This document shows positions 31,934 to 41,979 of a stretch of 64,000 bases of DNA, piece by piece. The DNA is from Promethearchaeota archaeon (GTDB lineage Archaea; Asgardarchaeota; Heimdallarchaeia; Hodarchaeales; Hodarchaeaceae). Positions within the stretch are counted from its first letter, which is position 1; every line of letters begins with the position of its first letter. The stretch covers positions 1 through 64,000 of the forward strand of contig JBHLMN010000022.1 of NCBI GenBank assembly GCA_048938105.1, in the 5' to 3' direction. The translations under genes and the position numbers were made by a program. The notes under the pieces were generated by a model, which saw only the letters and a program-made list of their open reading frames with translations, was not told the DNA's origin and ran no database searches.

Positions 31934-32175
31934 CGTGACAAAAAGAAGGGATAAGGTTACTTATTGGAGGGGACACTCCAGATAAGAATTCAATATGGTT
32001 ACTCACTCCTCCTTGGTATTGTATAGGTGCTTATGACAATTCGATATAGTTCAAATCATCAAAGCTTGTTACGCATTAAACGCCAATGAAGAAACAGTAC
32101 CAATGTATCAACAAAGATCAAAGCTTTACTTATAGGAGGAGATTCTCAAAAAATTCATTCTTGATAGCTGAAATA
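31934..32175 (+). repeat. dispersed intergenic repeat family, full copy plus start of a tandem second unit
   Basis: GGAGGGG 31966-72 / CTCCTCC 32006-12; 61/84 gap-free identity with the copy from about 57784; ttacttata.ggaga recurs about 170 bp later. Confidence 0.85.
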
Positions 32176-32197
32176 TGGTTCTTAAATCTAAGATTTT

Positions 32198-33412
32198 TTA
32201 ATAAACCAACGAATCATGGGAGTAAGCAAAGCACACAGGATCTAAGTCTTGAGTAAACAGAAACAATTGCGTAACTCGACCCTCATATCCTGAAAGAGGC
32301 CCATATCTTAGAGAATATTGAAACTTTCCTCTAAAAATCCAATAGAATGGAGCCGAGAAATAGTAAAAAGGGGTCTCATTCAATTTACCAACATAAAAGG
32401 GTTTTGCTGGCTCCACAGAACCAAGTGAATAGAGTGATCCATTTTGCCACCAACCAAGGTAGTAAAAATCAACAAAGGATTTTTGTATAGTTGTATAAAG
32501 AAAAGAAAAAGTTGAGATATTGATAGTAGATAAGGAATTATTAGTCTGAACAACTGAGACTCTCCACTCAAGAGTGACAGACCCCTGTTTTTGATCGTTT
32601 GCGTGGGAGAGAAAATAGTTCAATGTGTCATTATTCATATAATTAGTGAGATTATCTCTAGCTTTCAGTGAATCATTACCAATAAAGTCCACGATTGAGC
32701 TATTCTCGATATGTTTCAATACGAAAGATGCTTGTGAGTTGGAAGCTTCCCGAGTAATGGAAATTCGCCTATTAACTATATACTCATTCTTCAATAGATA
32801 AGGTAAAACAAACCATCCAAACAATACTAGAATAACAAAAACAAAGCTCACCATTCGTATATCCTTCACACGTCTTTTAAACCGTTGAATATCAGATTGT
32901 GACATCTTTTGTAGTATTTGACCAAGTCGAACACTTGTCATCAAAGCGATCAAGGGTTCTAGACAGAAAACTAAAACATCAAGAAAGACTACATTAATTT
33001 GGACTATATTTAAAAGGAGAATTGGGAAAGAGAAGACTATTCTAGGAAGAATTAACAGCCCGATGAGGAGAAATAACCACCAACACGTCACACCAACAAA
33101 AAGGTTTGCGATTAACCTATATAGGCTATTTTCTTGGATTGTTATATCCGAGAGAAGAATAGGAGGAAATAACGTGAAAAGAATAGCCCAAATTACCCCA
33201 GAAATAAAAAACCAGAGAAATAAACGTAAAGCTTGAATTTCTAAAGTCACTTTGACCTCTGAACCAAACGATCTCCACTTCTTACTCCACCCAATAGCAA
33301 TCAGTAAACAAAACAACAGAAGGAGAAATACTACAACTAATGGCTTGGGAATGGCCCATTCGAAATTTCCTCCAATAGTAGAAGTTATTGTGTACACACG
33401 AAGCATTTTCAT
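32198..33412 (-). CDS. multi-TM protein with C-terminal extracellular domain paralogous to 18277-18954
   Basis: N-terminal TM module resembles the C-terminus of 29429-31795; C-terminal domain has YLGWWQNG. Confidence 0.82.
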   Translation of the reverse strand: MKMLRVYTITSTIGGNFEWAIPKPLVVVFLLLLFCLLIAIGWSKKWRSFGSEVKVTLEIQALRLFLWFFISGVIWAILFTLFPPILLSDITIQENSLYRLIANLFVGVTCWWLFLLIGLLILPRIVFSFPILLLNIVQINVVFLDVLVFCLEPLIALMTSVRLGQILQKMSQSDIQRFKRRVKDIRMVSFVFVILVLFGWFVLPYLLKNEYIVNRRISITREASNSQASFVLKHIENSSIVDFIGNDSLKARDNLTNYMNNDTLNYFLSHANDQKQGSVTLEWRVSVVQTNNSLSTINISTFSFLYTTIQKSFVDFYYLGWWQNGSLYSLGSVEPAKPFYVGKLNETPFYYFSAPFYWIFRGKFQYSLRYGPLSGYEGRVTQLFLFTQDLDPVCFAYSHDSLVY

Positions 33413-33460
33413 TCCATAACTACTGGTATCGTGGTATTACTCATGAATTTCAATAGAATT

Positions 33461-34063
33461 TTATACAACTATAATTTCAAATGGAAGCTGAATTGGTGAC
33501 ACATCATCAGAACTGAACGTAAGACATATTCCCGTGGGTAGCGAATCAAGCAAAAAATGATACTTATCAGGGGGAAGAACAGGGATCCAATGATTGACTT
33601 CAAAAGTGGAATTAGTTGGCATTTCCCTCGTGGTTCCTAAATGGATAATATGGATCCCACCAAGCTCATCTCCTTTGTGAAACTCATATACTGGATAACA
33701 GATTTCAGGCCGCTCTCTAAATGGATGCCAAACAACAATATCAGAACTATTACAGATTGCTACCCACCTGAACCACCCAGGATTATAATTAGTGACATTG
33801 TGGTCAGTTAAACAGGTTAGTTGAACAGTTAATGTCATATTTATCCCTATTGTATAAATTGTACGATCGAGAGACGCAGTAAAATTCCATCGTTCAAGAA
33901 AGCCAAGCTCAGAGGGATCTGGAGATGAATTGTTTGAATTAACAATTTCAGTATTATTGGTATTATCATTAGGGTTCATTAGAGTAATAACAATGTATGC
34001 GAAGATAATTGAACAAGTCATAACACCTAAAACTGTAAAAATAAAGACCTTTTTGGATAACAT
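33461..34063 (-). CDS. membrane-anchored protein with probable Ig-like beta-sandwich domain
   Basis: N-terminal TM, Asn-rich linker, LDRTIY..G..MTLTV..L pattern. Confidence 0.7.
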   Translation of the reverse strand: MLSKKVFIFTVLGVMTCSIIFAYIVITLMNPNDNTNNTEIVNSNNSSPDPSELGFLERWNFTASLDRTIYTIGINMTLTVQLTCLTDHNVTNYNPGWFRWVAICNSSDIVVWHPFRERPEICYPVYEFHKGDELGGIHIIHLGTTREMPTNSTFEVNHWIPVLPPDKYHFLLDSLPTGICLTFSSDDVSPIQLPFEIIVV

Positions 34064-34095
34064 TGAGTTATATCAACTCTTCTACTTGTTTAGAT

Positions 34096-34652
34096 GTAGA
34101 GTCACCATAATAGTATTCCCAACCTTTCTTGACATAGGGGTTCAGGATTAAGAGGAATAAAATCTTCTTAAAGCTTACTAATGGTCTTAATACAATACCT
34201 TATAAAAAATCGAAATAAAGGTTTCAGACTCTTTCGGAGGATAAGCAATTATCATGATTAGATGATGATTTCAAGTTCTCATTTTCTTGAACTACTAGCA
34301 TGTTTGGTAACCTTGCTTGGTTCCAAGGGGGATCCCAATTTTAGACTAATGAATTCAATCGTCCCAGAAGTTTTTGGCGTCGTTGATTGTATTCTGATTC
34401 AAAGTAACTATCAGTAATTGCAAATGATTCTAGAGAAAAATCGAGATGAAGATCCAGTGCTCCTAATTATTTCTCGGAAAACCTCTTGAAAAACTAGATA
34501 ATATTCTTAAAAACATTTTTTAAAGTGAGAGTCATTTCAGTTTCATGGAGGTTGTCAATATTGAGCAATAACTCAATAAAAGCATTATTTTTTGAAGGAG
34601 AGTTCAATAAAGCGTTAAATTTAATAGACCAATTGCCAGTCAAAGACAAATT
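34096..34652 (+). repeat. about 556-bp direct repeat, copy 1 (divergent promoter region plus 5' ends of both flanking genes)
   Basis: about 90% identical to 39198-39753 by eye. Confidence 0.95.
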
Positions 34653-36354
34653 GAAGGGATCTGTCTATAAAAGCGGGATTCTCCTAGCTAAAGGTCAGTA
34701 CCAAGAGTATTTCAATCTGATTGATGAGATTATTGAAAAAGGAAATGAACAAGGAGATCGATTTGCTATTCTAGGAGCTCATTTTTTCAAGTATTTGGCT
34801 TACGATTTTCTCGTGATTTCAAGATGGCTGGGAATAGATATATTTGCCTCATCAGGATTTTTAGAAGAAATATCAAATTTAATTCAGTCATTTGAGCATT
34901 TTAGTGATGAACAAACGCAAGAATGGGTTTCATTACTTTATTGTCACCAATCTTGGATGGAATTACTATATTCTGATTTCAATCATAGTTTAAAATCTGT
35001 TAATAAAGCATTAACCATTGGAAAAAGGATCAAGTCAGCGATTGCAAGATGTATTGCATTAATACAATTGGGGGAACATTATTTCAGGACAGGGGACCTC
35101 TCTTCAGGATTTGAATATACACAACAAGCATTAACCTTGGCTAGCAAGGAAAATCTGAGATTGTTAACCTGTGCATTATATAGAAAACTTGGGAAAGAAT
35201 CAATTCGAAGAAGGGATCTGGTAAAGGCTTCAGAATATCTAAGTGAAGGAATGACTTTAAGCAATGAAATAGCTTATGAAAATATGGTGGAAAGTATCAC
35301 AAAAAGTTTTATATTTTTACATTTGATAAAAGGAGATTATGATAGTGCATTAGAATTTTTAAGGAAAAATTACCAGATAATAAGGGAGAAACATTGGGAT
35401 TGGGAACTAAGGATTATTTACAATCTATTTGGGGAAATTTATAGGTTGAAAGGCGATCTAAAAAACTCTCTAGACAATTATCAAAAAAGCTTGGTAATAG
35501 CGACTAAATTAGAGGATGCATATGGCCAAGCAAGTGCATATAGGCACATTGGAAAAGTCTATTATGATCAAGGAGCATTTCAAGAAGCTTTGGAGATGTT
35601 CCAAAAAGCCCTTCAGAGTTTCAGCCAATTAAAGGGCCCTAAACAATGGGGCTTCCTTAATCAAGCTAGTTGTGTATATGGATTAATCTTAGTAAATGTT
35701 GAATTAAATGACCTTGAACAAGCTAAAATGTATTTGAATAAACTAGAGGAAATTAATAAACTACCAATTAGTAAATTTTCAATTAGACCTAATATTAACC
35801 TGATCTACCAATTTTCAAAAGCTTTAATGCTAAAAGCAAGTAAAAGAATGAGAGATAAAGTAAAAGCCTTGGAAATATTTGAGGCAATGTCAAAAAAAGA
35901 ATCTATCGATCTAGATGACCTTGGTTTTGCATTATTCAATATATGTGACCTTTTACTTTATGAATATAGAACTTCTGGAGAAACAGAGATCTTTCAAGAG
36001 ATTAAAGAAATAACAGAGAGATTATATAATCTGGGAAAAGAAAAGGTCATTCCTCCATTAACAATTAGAAGCATGATAATACAAAGTAAACTTAGTTTAA
36101 TAGAGGGTCAATTAGAAGATGTTGAAAAGATATTAGAAAAAGCTAAAGAGATAGCAATAGAGTTTAATCTTGAGTATTTGCTTAATCTTGTTGAAAAAGA
36201 GCAAAACAATGTTAAAAGTGAATTAGAAAAATGGAAATCATTACTCAAACGAAATGCACCAGTCAATGAACGACTAGAAAAAGCAGACCTAGAAAATTAC
36301 GTCAAGAGTGCGTTACGAGTCGTGAGTACCTTTCATGAAGATATTCAAGGATGA
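34561..36354 (+). CDS. tetratricopeptide repeat protein
   Basis: TPR repeats and conserved C-terminus; GGAGG SD at 34547-51 favours a start at 34558 or 34561 over 34525. Confidence 0.9.
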   Translation: MSNNSIKALFFEGEFNKALNLIDQLPVKDKLKGSVYKSGILLAKGQYQEYFNLIDEIIEKGNEQGDRFAILGAHFFKYLAYDFLVISRWLGIDIFASSGFLEEISNLIQSFEHFSDEQTQEWVSLLYCHQSWMELLYSDFNHSLKSVNKALTIGKRIKSAIARCIALIQLGEHYFRTGDLSSGFEYTQQALTLASKENLRLLTCALYRKLGKESIRRRDLVKASEYLSEGMTLSNEIAYENMVESITKSFIFLHLIKGDYDSALEFLRKNYQIIREKHWDWELRIIYNLFGEIYRLKGDLKNSLDNYQKSLVIATKLEDAYGQASAYRHIGKVYYDQGAFQEALEMFQKALQSFSQLKGPKQWGFLNQASCVYGLILVNVELNDLEQAKMYLNKLEEINKLPISKFSIRPNINLIYQFSKALMLKASKRMRDKVKALEIFEAMSKKESIDLDDLGFALFNICDLLLYEYRTSGETEIFQEIKEITERLYNLGKEKVIPPLTIRSMIIQSKLSLIEGQLEDVEKILEKAKEIAIEFNLEYLLNLVEKEQNNVKSELEKWKSLLKRNAPVNERLEKADLENYVKSALRVVSTFHEDIQG

Positions 36355-36550
36355 ATCATTGTTTAATCAAGACATTAATACTGGAACGATCAACAATGAG
36401 ATGAATGTGTGCGATGTGGAAAGAGGGGGTTGTTTTACCCATGTGAGGGGTGTCTCCAAAGGAAAAATCGAGTTGATGAAATCATTCCTCCTAGATATTC
36501 CTCAGATGCTTATTGACTCATGAAAATTCGAGAGAGTTCAAATCATCAAA
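36355..36550 (+). repeat. dispersed intergenic repeat family, full copy
   Basis: tGAGGGG 36444-50 / tTCCTCC 36485-91; tail gcttattgactcatgaaaattcgagagagttcaaatcatcaaa matches 32028-32063. Confidence 0.8.
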
Positions 36551-36558
36551 AATTAATT

Positions 36559-39237
36559 TTAATTAGTTATGAGACGCCGACGGATAATCATCATTAATAC
36601 AGCAACGAAAGACAAAATAATTCCTGCATTAGAAATCTGAAAGAAAGGTACTGTATTAGATGTATCAGTTTGGGTAGAGGAGGTGGTTAAGCTAATTTTC
36701 AAACTAGTGGTGGATGGTATTTCCGGAACAATTAATCTAATGGGAGAGACTAAAGGATATTGATCCTGATTGTTTATTGGGCCAGAAATTATATACGGAA
36801 GGTCTACTATCCCATCCTGATTTGTATCTGGTTCCACCCAATCAGCCCAATAATTATGACTAAAGATGTTATTAAGTCCTGCATCATATGCTTGCGTAGA
36901 ATCATTAAGATTATTTTGCCAGAAGTCATTGTACCTAATCTGTGTATTCATAACATTGACTTCTAAATATAATCCGTAATACCCGTTATTAGTAAAGAGA
37001 TTCTGATTGATAATTGTACCATTTGTCGCTTGCAAATGAATTCCATATTGAGCGTTCGCTGAAACGTTATTCATTCTAATAATGGTTGATTCAGTTGAAT
37101 CAAGGAAGATCCCAGAACTGTGAGTATTAGTAATATTGTTTCCTGAAATAATGCATGTTTTTGACGATTTCAGAGTAATAGCGCTAAAATACACCTGTGA
37201 AACAGAGTTATTAATGGTATGAATATTATAAGACGAATCAATAGTAATTCCATAAGCATGAGTTTGAAAAATACTGTTCTTAAAAGTAATATTTGCACAC
37301 CGAATAAGCTTCATTCCATTAAACGACTTACAGATCATAGTATTCGTGATTATTGCGTTTGACACATTATCAAAATATAATGTAAATGTTTCAGGCTGAG
37401 GTAGAAGCCCGCTTGGATCAGGATAAACTATCAGATAGCAGTTGTTCATGAGAAAGTGAAGATCGGTATTTTTAATTGTGAATAGATCTTTGGATGGATG
37501 AGTAATATTCAGATTGTCAATAAGATAGGGATTCTGTACAGTTCCATCCCCTTGCCATCCCTTATTTTGTGCGGTAGCGATAAAATCTTTATTTCCATTA
37601 ATAAAAATAGGTGGATGAGCCCTAGGAAGATAGATCAAATTTTTGACTATAAACTCAGTAGTAAGTCCTTCTGGACACATAGCGACTATTTTTAACTGAT
37701 AATCCGTGCTTTCAGGCAAATCTGGATTGTTCCACACAATACTGGTATTATTGAGGCCCTCTGCGAAATTGGTCCACGTGCTGCCAGAGTCAGGAGAGAA
37801 CGAAACCAAGTAGGACAAATTATTGTGCCAGTAGTCAATGCTTGGTCTCCAGGATACTGTAATTGGTGTGGTCCCATAAAGCGTTGTTCCATGCTTAGGA
37901 GATAGTGAAACAGGTTTTGAGATATAATGAATAAGAACAGGGTTATTCGGTGTGGTTTGTGGATAATAATCTTTTGTACCTGGGTTGCCATATAATGAAT
38001 TTCCAATGTTTTTGGGTATATCTACAATACCATCAGAGTTATTATCAGGACTGATTCGGTTATTCCAATAGTTATAGGCGTAGTAGCTATTATTACGGCC
38101 GTCCTCGCCAGCTTGAGGATACGAATACTTATATCCATTGTCAATGAAATCATTGAACATAATTGTATTTAAATTTGAACCAGAGTAATAAACAGAGATC
38201 CCTTTCCACTTATTATTGATAATAGAATTATTTAGAAAAATATTGTTTCCTGCATGGCATTGTATACCTGTGTCACTACCATCATGAATAGTATTGTTAA
38301 CGATGTAGTTAGAACCAGAATTTATCAGAGAAATCCCAAATCCATTTCGGGACAAGATGTTACCTGATAGAGTGCAATTCTTGGAGCAGAATAAGCAAAT
38401 ACCTATCCTACCATCAGAAAGAACATTTTTTTGTATATTCACGTGAGAACTAAAGGCTACTAATATATTAACGCATTCACTTGAGATATTTTGTCTAATA
38501 ATTGTTATGGTTGAACAATTTACAATGATCACTTGCCCAGCATTAGCAGGTACTGTCCCACCTGCTTGATTCTGCCAATATACTAAGGGTCTTCCATTTA
38601 CTGTATTGTTAGCAACTAATGTTTGAACGTACGTCTTTAAAGAGTCGGCATGAATATAAAGACCCTTATCCATCCTATTTGCTATCAAGCTGTTATTACT
38701 AGAATCCCTTGTAAACCAAATACTTCTTAACCTATTATGAAAAAATGAGTTGTTTACTAAGAAGTTCTCTCGGGAACGAGATAAATGGATACCATCCCAA
38801 TCGTTATAAGATAAGATATTATTAGCCAGATATCCATAATATACATTATCTAAAGCAATCCCTTGTCGTCCTCTGGTCAAAAGACAATTACTTATATTAA
38901 AATAGACTCTAGTATTTTCTATTGAGATTAATTGTTTATTAATGGGCCCAGTTATATTCAGGCCTGAAATGATGTATGGATTAGTTCTTGTCCCAATCCC
39001 AGGCCACCTCTCTGCAGCTGCCTGAGTGGCAAAATCAGCATCCCCATCAATAGAAATAGGATTGTGGGAAACATAATACTGTGTGATTCTTCCTTGAATA
39101 ATTAAAGAGTTTCGTATGAAAGAGGTGGAACTCTTATCACTAGAAGGGATTGAGATGTTTTCAACGATAAATACTTGGCAAGTGAAACATAATAACAGTA
39201 GAGTTATAATAACAGAATTCCCAACCTTTCTTGACAT
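36559..39237 (-). CDS. large surface protein with two NosD/beta-helix domains separated by an Ig-like domain, C-terminal anchor
   Basis: two H.PI.I.G..DF...A....W.G.GT..NPY caps, two NYW...PD...DGIVD motifs, VPFF + TM + RRR. Confidence 0.9.
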   Translation of the reverse strand: MSRKVGNSVIITLLLLCFTCQVFIVENISIPSSDKSSTSFIRNSLIIQGRITQYYVSHNPISIDGDADFATQAAAERWPGIGTRTNPYIISGLNITGPINKQLISIENTRVYFNISNCLLTRGRQGIALDNVYYGYLANNILSYNDWDGIHLSRSRENFLVNNSFFHNRLRSIWFTRDSSNNSLIANRMDKGLYIHADSLKTYVQTLVANNTVNGRPLVYWQNQAGGTVPANAGQVIIVNCSTITIIRQNISSECVNILVAFSSHVNIQKNVLSDGRIGICLFCSKNCTLSGNILSRNGFGISLINSGSNYIVNNTIHDGSDTGIQCHAGNNIFLNNSIINNKWKGISVYYSGSNLNTIMFNDFIDNGYKYSYPQAGEDGRNNSYYAYNYWNNRISPDNNSDGIVDIPKNIGNSLYGNPGTKDYYPQTTPNNPVLIHYISKPVSLSPKHGTTLYGTTPITVSWRPSIDYWHNNLSYLVSFSPDSGSTWTNFAEGLNNTSIVWNNPDLPESTDYQLKIVAMCPEGLTTEFIVKNLIYLPRAHPPIFINGNKDFIATAQNKGWQGDGTVQNPYLIDNLNITHPSKDLFTIKNTDLHFLMNNCYLIVYPDPSGLLPQPETFTLYFDNVSNAIITNTMICKSFNGMKLIRCANITFKNSIFQTHAYGITIDSSYNIHTINNSVSQVYFSAITLKSSKTCIISGNNITNTHSSGIFLDSTESTIIRMNNVSANAQYGIHLQATNGTIINQNLFTNNGYYGLYLEVNVMNTQIRYNDFWQNNLNDSTQAYDAGLNNIFSHNYWADWVEPDTNQDGIVDLPYIISGPINNQDQYPLVSPIRLIVPEIPSTTSLKISLTTSSTQTDTSNTVPFFQISNAGIILSFVAVLMMIIRRRLITN

Positions 39238-39753
39238 AGGGGTTCAGGATTACGAGGAATAAAATCTTCTTAAAGCTTACTAATGGTCTTAATACAATAC
39301 CTTATAAAAAATCGAAATAAAGGTTTCAGACTCTTTCGGAGGATAAGCAATTATCATGATTAGATGATTTTTTCAAATTCTCATTCTCTTGAACTACTAG
39401 CACGTTTGGTAACCTTATTTGATTCCATGGGGACTCCCAATTTTGGATTAATGAATTCAATCGTCCCTGAAGTTTTTGGCGTCGTTGATTGTATTCTGAT
39501 TCAAAGTAACTCTCAGTAATTGCAAATGATTTTAGAGAAAAATCGAGATGAAGAGCCACAGCTCCTAGTTATTTCTCGGAAGACTTCTTGAAAAACTAGA
39601 TAATATTCTTAACACATTTTTTAAAACGAGAGTCATTTCAGTTTCATGGAGGTTGTCAATATTAAGCATTAACTCAATAAAAGCATTATTTTTCGAAGGA
39701 GATTTCAATAAAGCGTTTGATTCAATAGACCAATTGCCAGTCAAAGACAAATT
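39198..39753 (+). repeat. about 556-bp direct repeat, copy 2 (contains a dead 5' stub of the TPR gene)
   Basis: matches 34096-34652; TPR TTG changed to TTA and homology stops after about 30 codons. Confidence 0.95.
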
Positions 39754-39791
39754 ACAACCCCATGATCAATATAAGGTCTCATGTTGTCAAA

Positions 39792-40985
39792 TTATTTATT
39801 CTTTCTTCTAATTAACAAAAATAAACTAAAGAAAATAGCTATCATAAATGAAAATCCTGGAGTATCATCTGTAGTGTGAATTGTTGTCGTATCTGTTGAA
39901 TCATCTATTGTGTAACCAGTTGTTATAGAATTTACTAATGGAAAATGATCTATTCCACTTCCATTCCCACTAATCTCATAAGGAATGTTCCAAATGGTTC
40001 CATCATTGGCTGCACTTGGGTAGTTACTGATATAATCATCACCCCAATAATTCCCTGTGGTGCCATTATCCCAATGATTATCTATGCAATCATCTTTTTC
40101 AAAGGCTTGACCATTCGTATTTCCATAAATATCGTTAAAATAAATCGTATTTTTGTTACTCGAATGCTCTAAATAGATTCCATACTTATTATAACTTGCA
40201 GTATTACCAGAAAGAGTGTTATTGCTCGAAGAAGACAGCCAGATTCCAAAGTCATTCTTATTTACAGTATTCTTGATAAGTGTGTTGTAGTTGTTCGAAG
40301 AAGACAGCTGGATTCCATACTCATTGTAATTTGCAGTATTCCTGGAAAGTGTGTTGTTGTTGCTCGAATAATACAGGTAGATTCCACGACTATTGTTATT
40401 TGCCGTGTTCCTGGAAAGTGTGTTGTTGCTCGAAAGCCCCAAAAAGATTCCAAGACTATTGTTATATGCCGTATTCTTTGAAAGCGTGTTGTTACTCGAA
40501 GTAGATAGATAGATTCCATAAATAGAGTTATTACTTACATTATTCCCTGAAAGCGTGTTTTTGCTCGAAAGCCCCAACCAGATTCCAAGATTATTGTTAT
40601 TTGCAGTATTATTGCTGACATTTACATTTGTGGCATTAAATAAGTGAATTCCATCCATACCTTCAACTTTGCAATTCTGGATGATAAGATAGGCATCTGT
40701 GGATCGAATCTCAATCCCATGCGCAGTACTGGCCTCAATAAAAAGATTTTCAATAATATAAGGGGAAGATTTGGTACCATCCCCACTTAGTCCTTCATCC
40801 TCGATAAAGGTTGCCAATGCGTCATTCCCATCAATGAAAATCGGAGCATGTTTGACCGCAGAATTTAAATTCTCTTCAATGCTAGAATTAATTTCATGAA
40901 TTCTGATACGGTCAGAAGGCCAACTATTCAATCCCAATAACAGAACTGTTAGAATGGTTATAAATAAGAATTTAATTTTTTTAAT
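39792..40985 (-). CDS. NosD/beta-helix surface protein with PGF-CTERM-like anchor
   Basis: 22-aa repeats, GNYW.D..DGTIW..PY, TPGF + TM + RRKNK. Signal peptide KKIKFLFITILTVLLLG is in frame upstream of track start 40937, implying an ATT start. Confidence 0.88.
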   Translation of the reverse strand: MKKIKFLFITILTVLLLGLNSWPSDRIRIHEINSSIEENLNSAVKHAPIFIDGNDALATFIEDEGLSGDGTKSSPYIIENLFIEASTAHGIEIRSTDAYLIIQNCKVEGMDGIHLFNATNVNVSNNTANNNNLGIWLGLSSKNTLSGNNVSNNSIYGIYLSTSSNNTLSKNTAYNNSLGIFLGLSSNNTLSRNTANNNSRGIYLYYSSNNNTLSRNTANYNEYGIQLSSSNNYNTLIKNTVNKNDFGIWLSSSSNNTLSGNTASYNKYGIYLEHSSNKNTIYFNDIYGNTNGQAFEKDDCIDNHWDNGTTGNYWGDDYISNYPSAANDGTIWNIPYEISGNGSGIDHFPLVNSITTGYTIDDSTDTTTIHTTDDTPGFSFMIAIFFSLFLLIRRKNK

Positions 40986-41011
40986 TTCAATTCCTCTTCA
41001 TTAATCAGTAC

Positions 41012-41046
41012 AATCTAATAGGTTACTCACGGTGCCTCTTGATTGT
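41012..41046 (+). repeat. dispersed intergenic repeat family, weak partial copy
   Basis: aatctaataggttactcac vs aattcaatatggttactcac (about 31987); a second weak match gatcattcctc near 41176. Confidence 0.45.
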
Positions 41047-41979
41047 GTCCCCCTAACAGTTATTTATTTAGGATGGTTATCTGTGGTTGGATGAGGAGGA
41101 TTAAGGATTTTAAGTTATTTTCCTTCGTTTGGTGTTTTTATATAGAATATCCAAACAAGAAGCTTTAACAAGTTAGATCATTCCTCTTTCCCATATTTAT
41201 AGTTTTTCAATATAGGATTTATTAGCCAAGATGGAATAGAATGGATGAAAACCAAATACGGATAAAATTAGAAAAAATAATATAAAAATATTATCAAAGC
41301 AAAATCAGGAAGCTAAAACCATCACGGAGAAGAATGTACTATGTTTTATAAGGGTGAGCATTTAATCATGAAATTCTTAACATATTGAAAGAGTCACTAA
41401 TAAAAGAGGAAGACCTAAGAAATAAAAAAAATTTCAAAGAAGAAAGACAGAAGAGATTATTCAATACTTTTTAGGTCAAACTTAAAACATTAACCAAATA
41501 CAAATCTTAGATAGGAAAATACAAAATGAAGAATATCTCTGAAAGCTCGCCTTTAGAGAGAGATAAACTTAGAGAAAGATATGCTCAACTTCTAAGAATA
41601 GCTTGCATGATATTGTTGGCGCAGAACTCTTTTTTTTCCCCACTAAAAAGTATGACGAAAATCATGTTATTCAGGTGGGTTTCAAAGGTACACAACCCTT
41701 AGAAGAATTTCCATAAGGAGTCAAACAGAATTACAGAAAATAAGTTAGAAATAGTGGAGATCTTATTAGAAAATTTGACCTAGATCTTGTTGTTTCACTT
41801 TGAAAAATACATAATATTATAAGTTGCTTTGTACATATTAAATAGGATGTTTTTGTATTAATTATTTTTTGTTTAAAATGAAAATCTTCAAGAATTAAGT
41901 TGTGAAATGACGAGTAAATAGATTTTTGGATAACCTAAGTATTTTAGGGAAAGTTAAACAACATTAGGAGAGAAATATT

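Noticed and set aside
36335-36523. 62-aa ORF after the TPR gene
   Set aside because: It coincides with a dispersed-repeat copy and the frame is not conserved in other copies.
39326-39750. ORFs 39326-39559 and 39565-39750 as genes
   Set aside because: They lie in the 556-bp duplication, and the equivalent frames in copy 1 carry stops or indels; at best these are degraded remnants.
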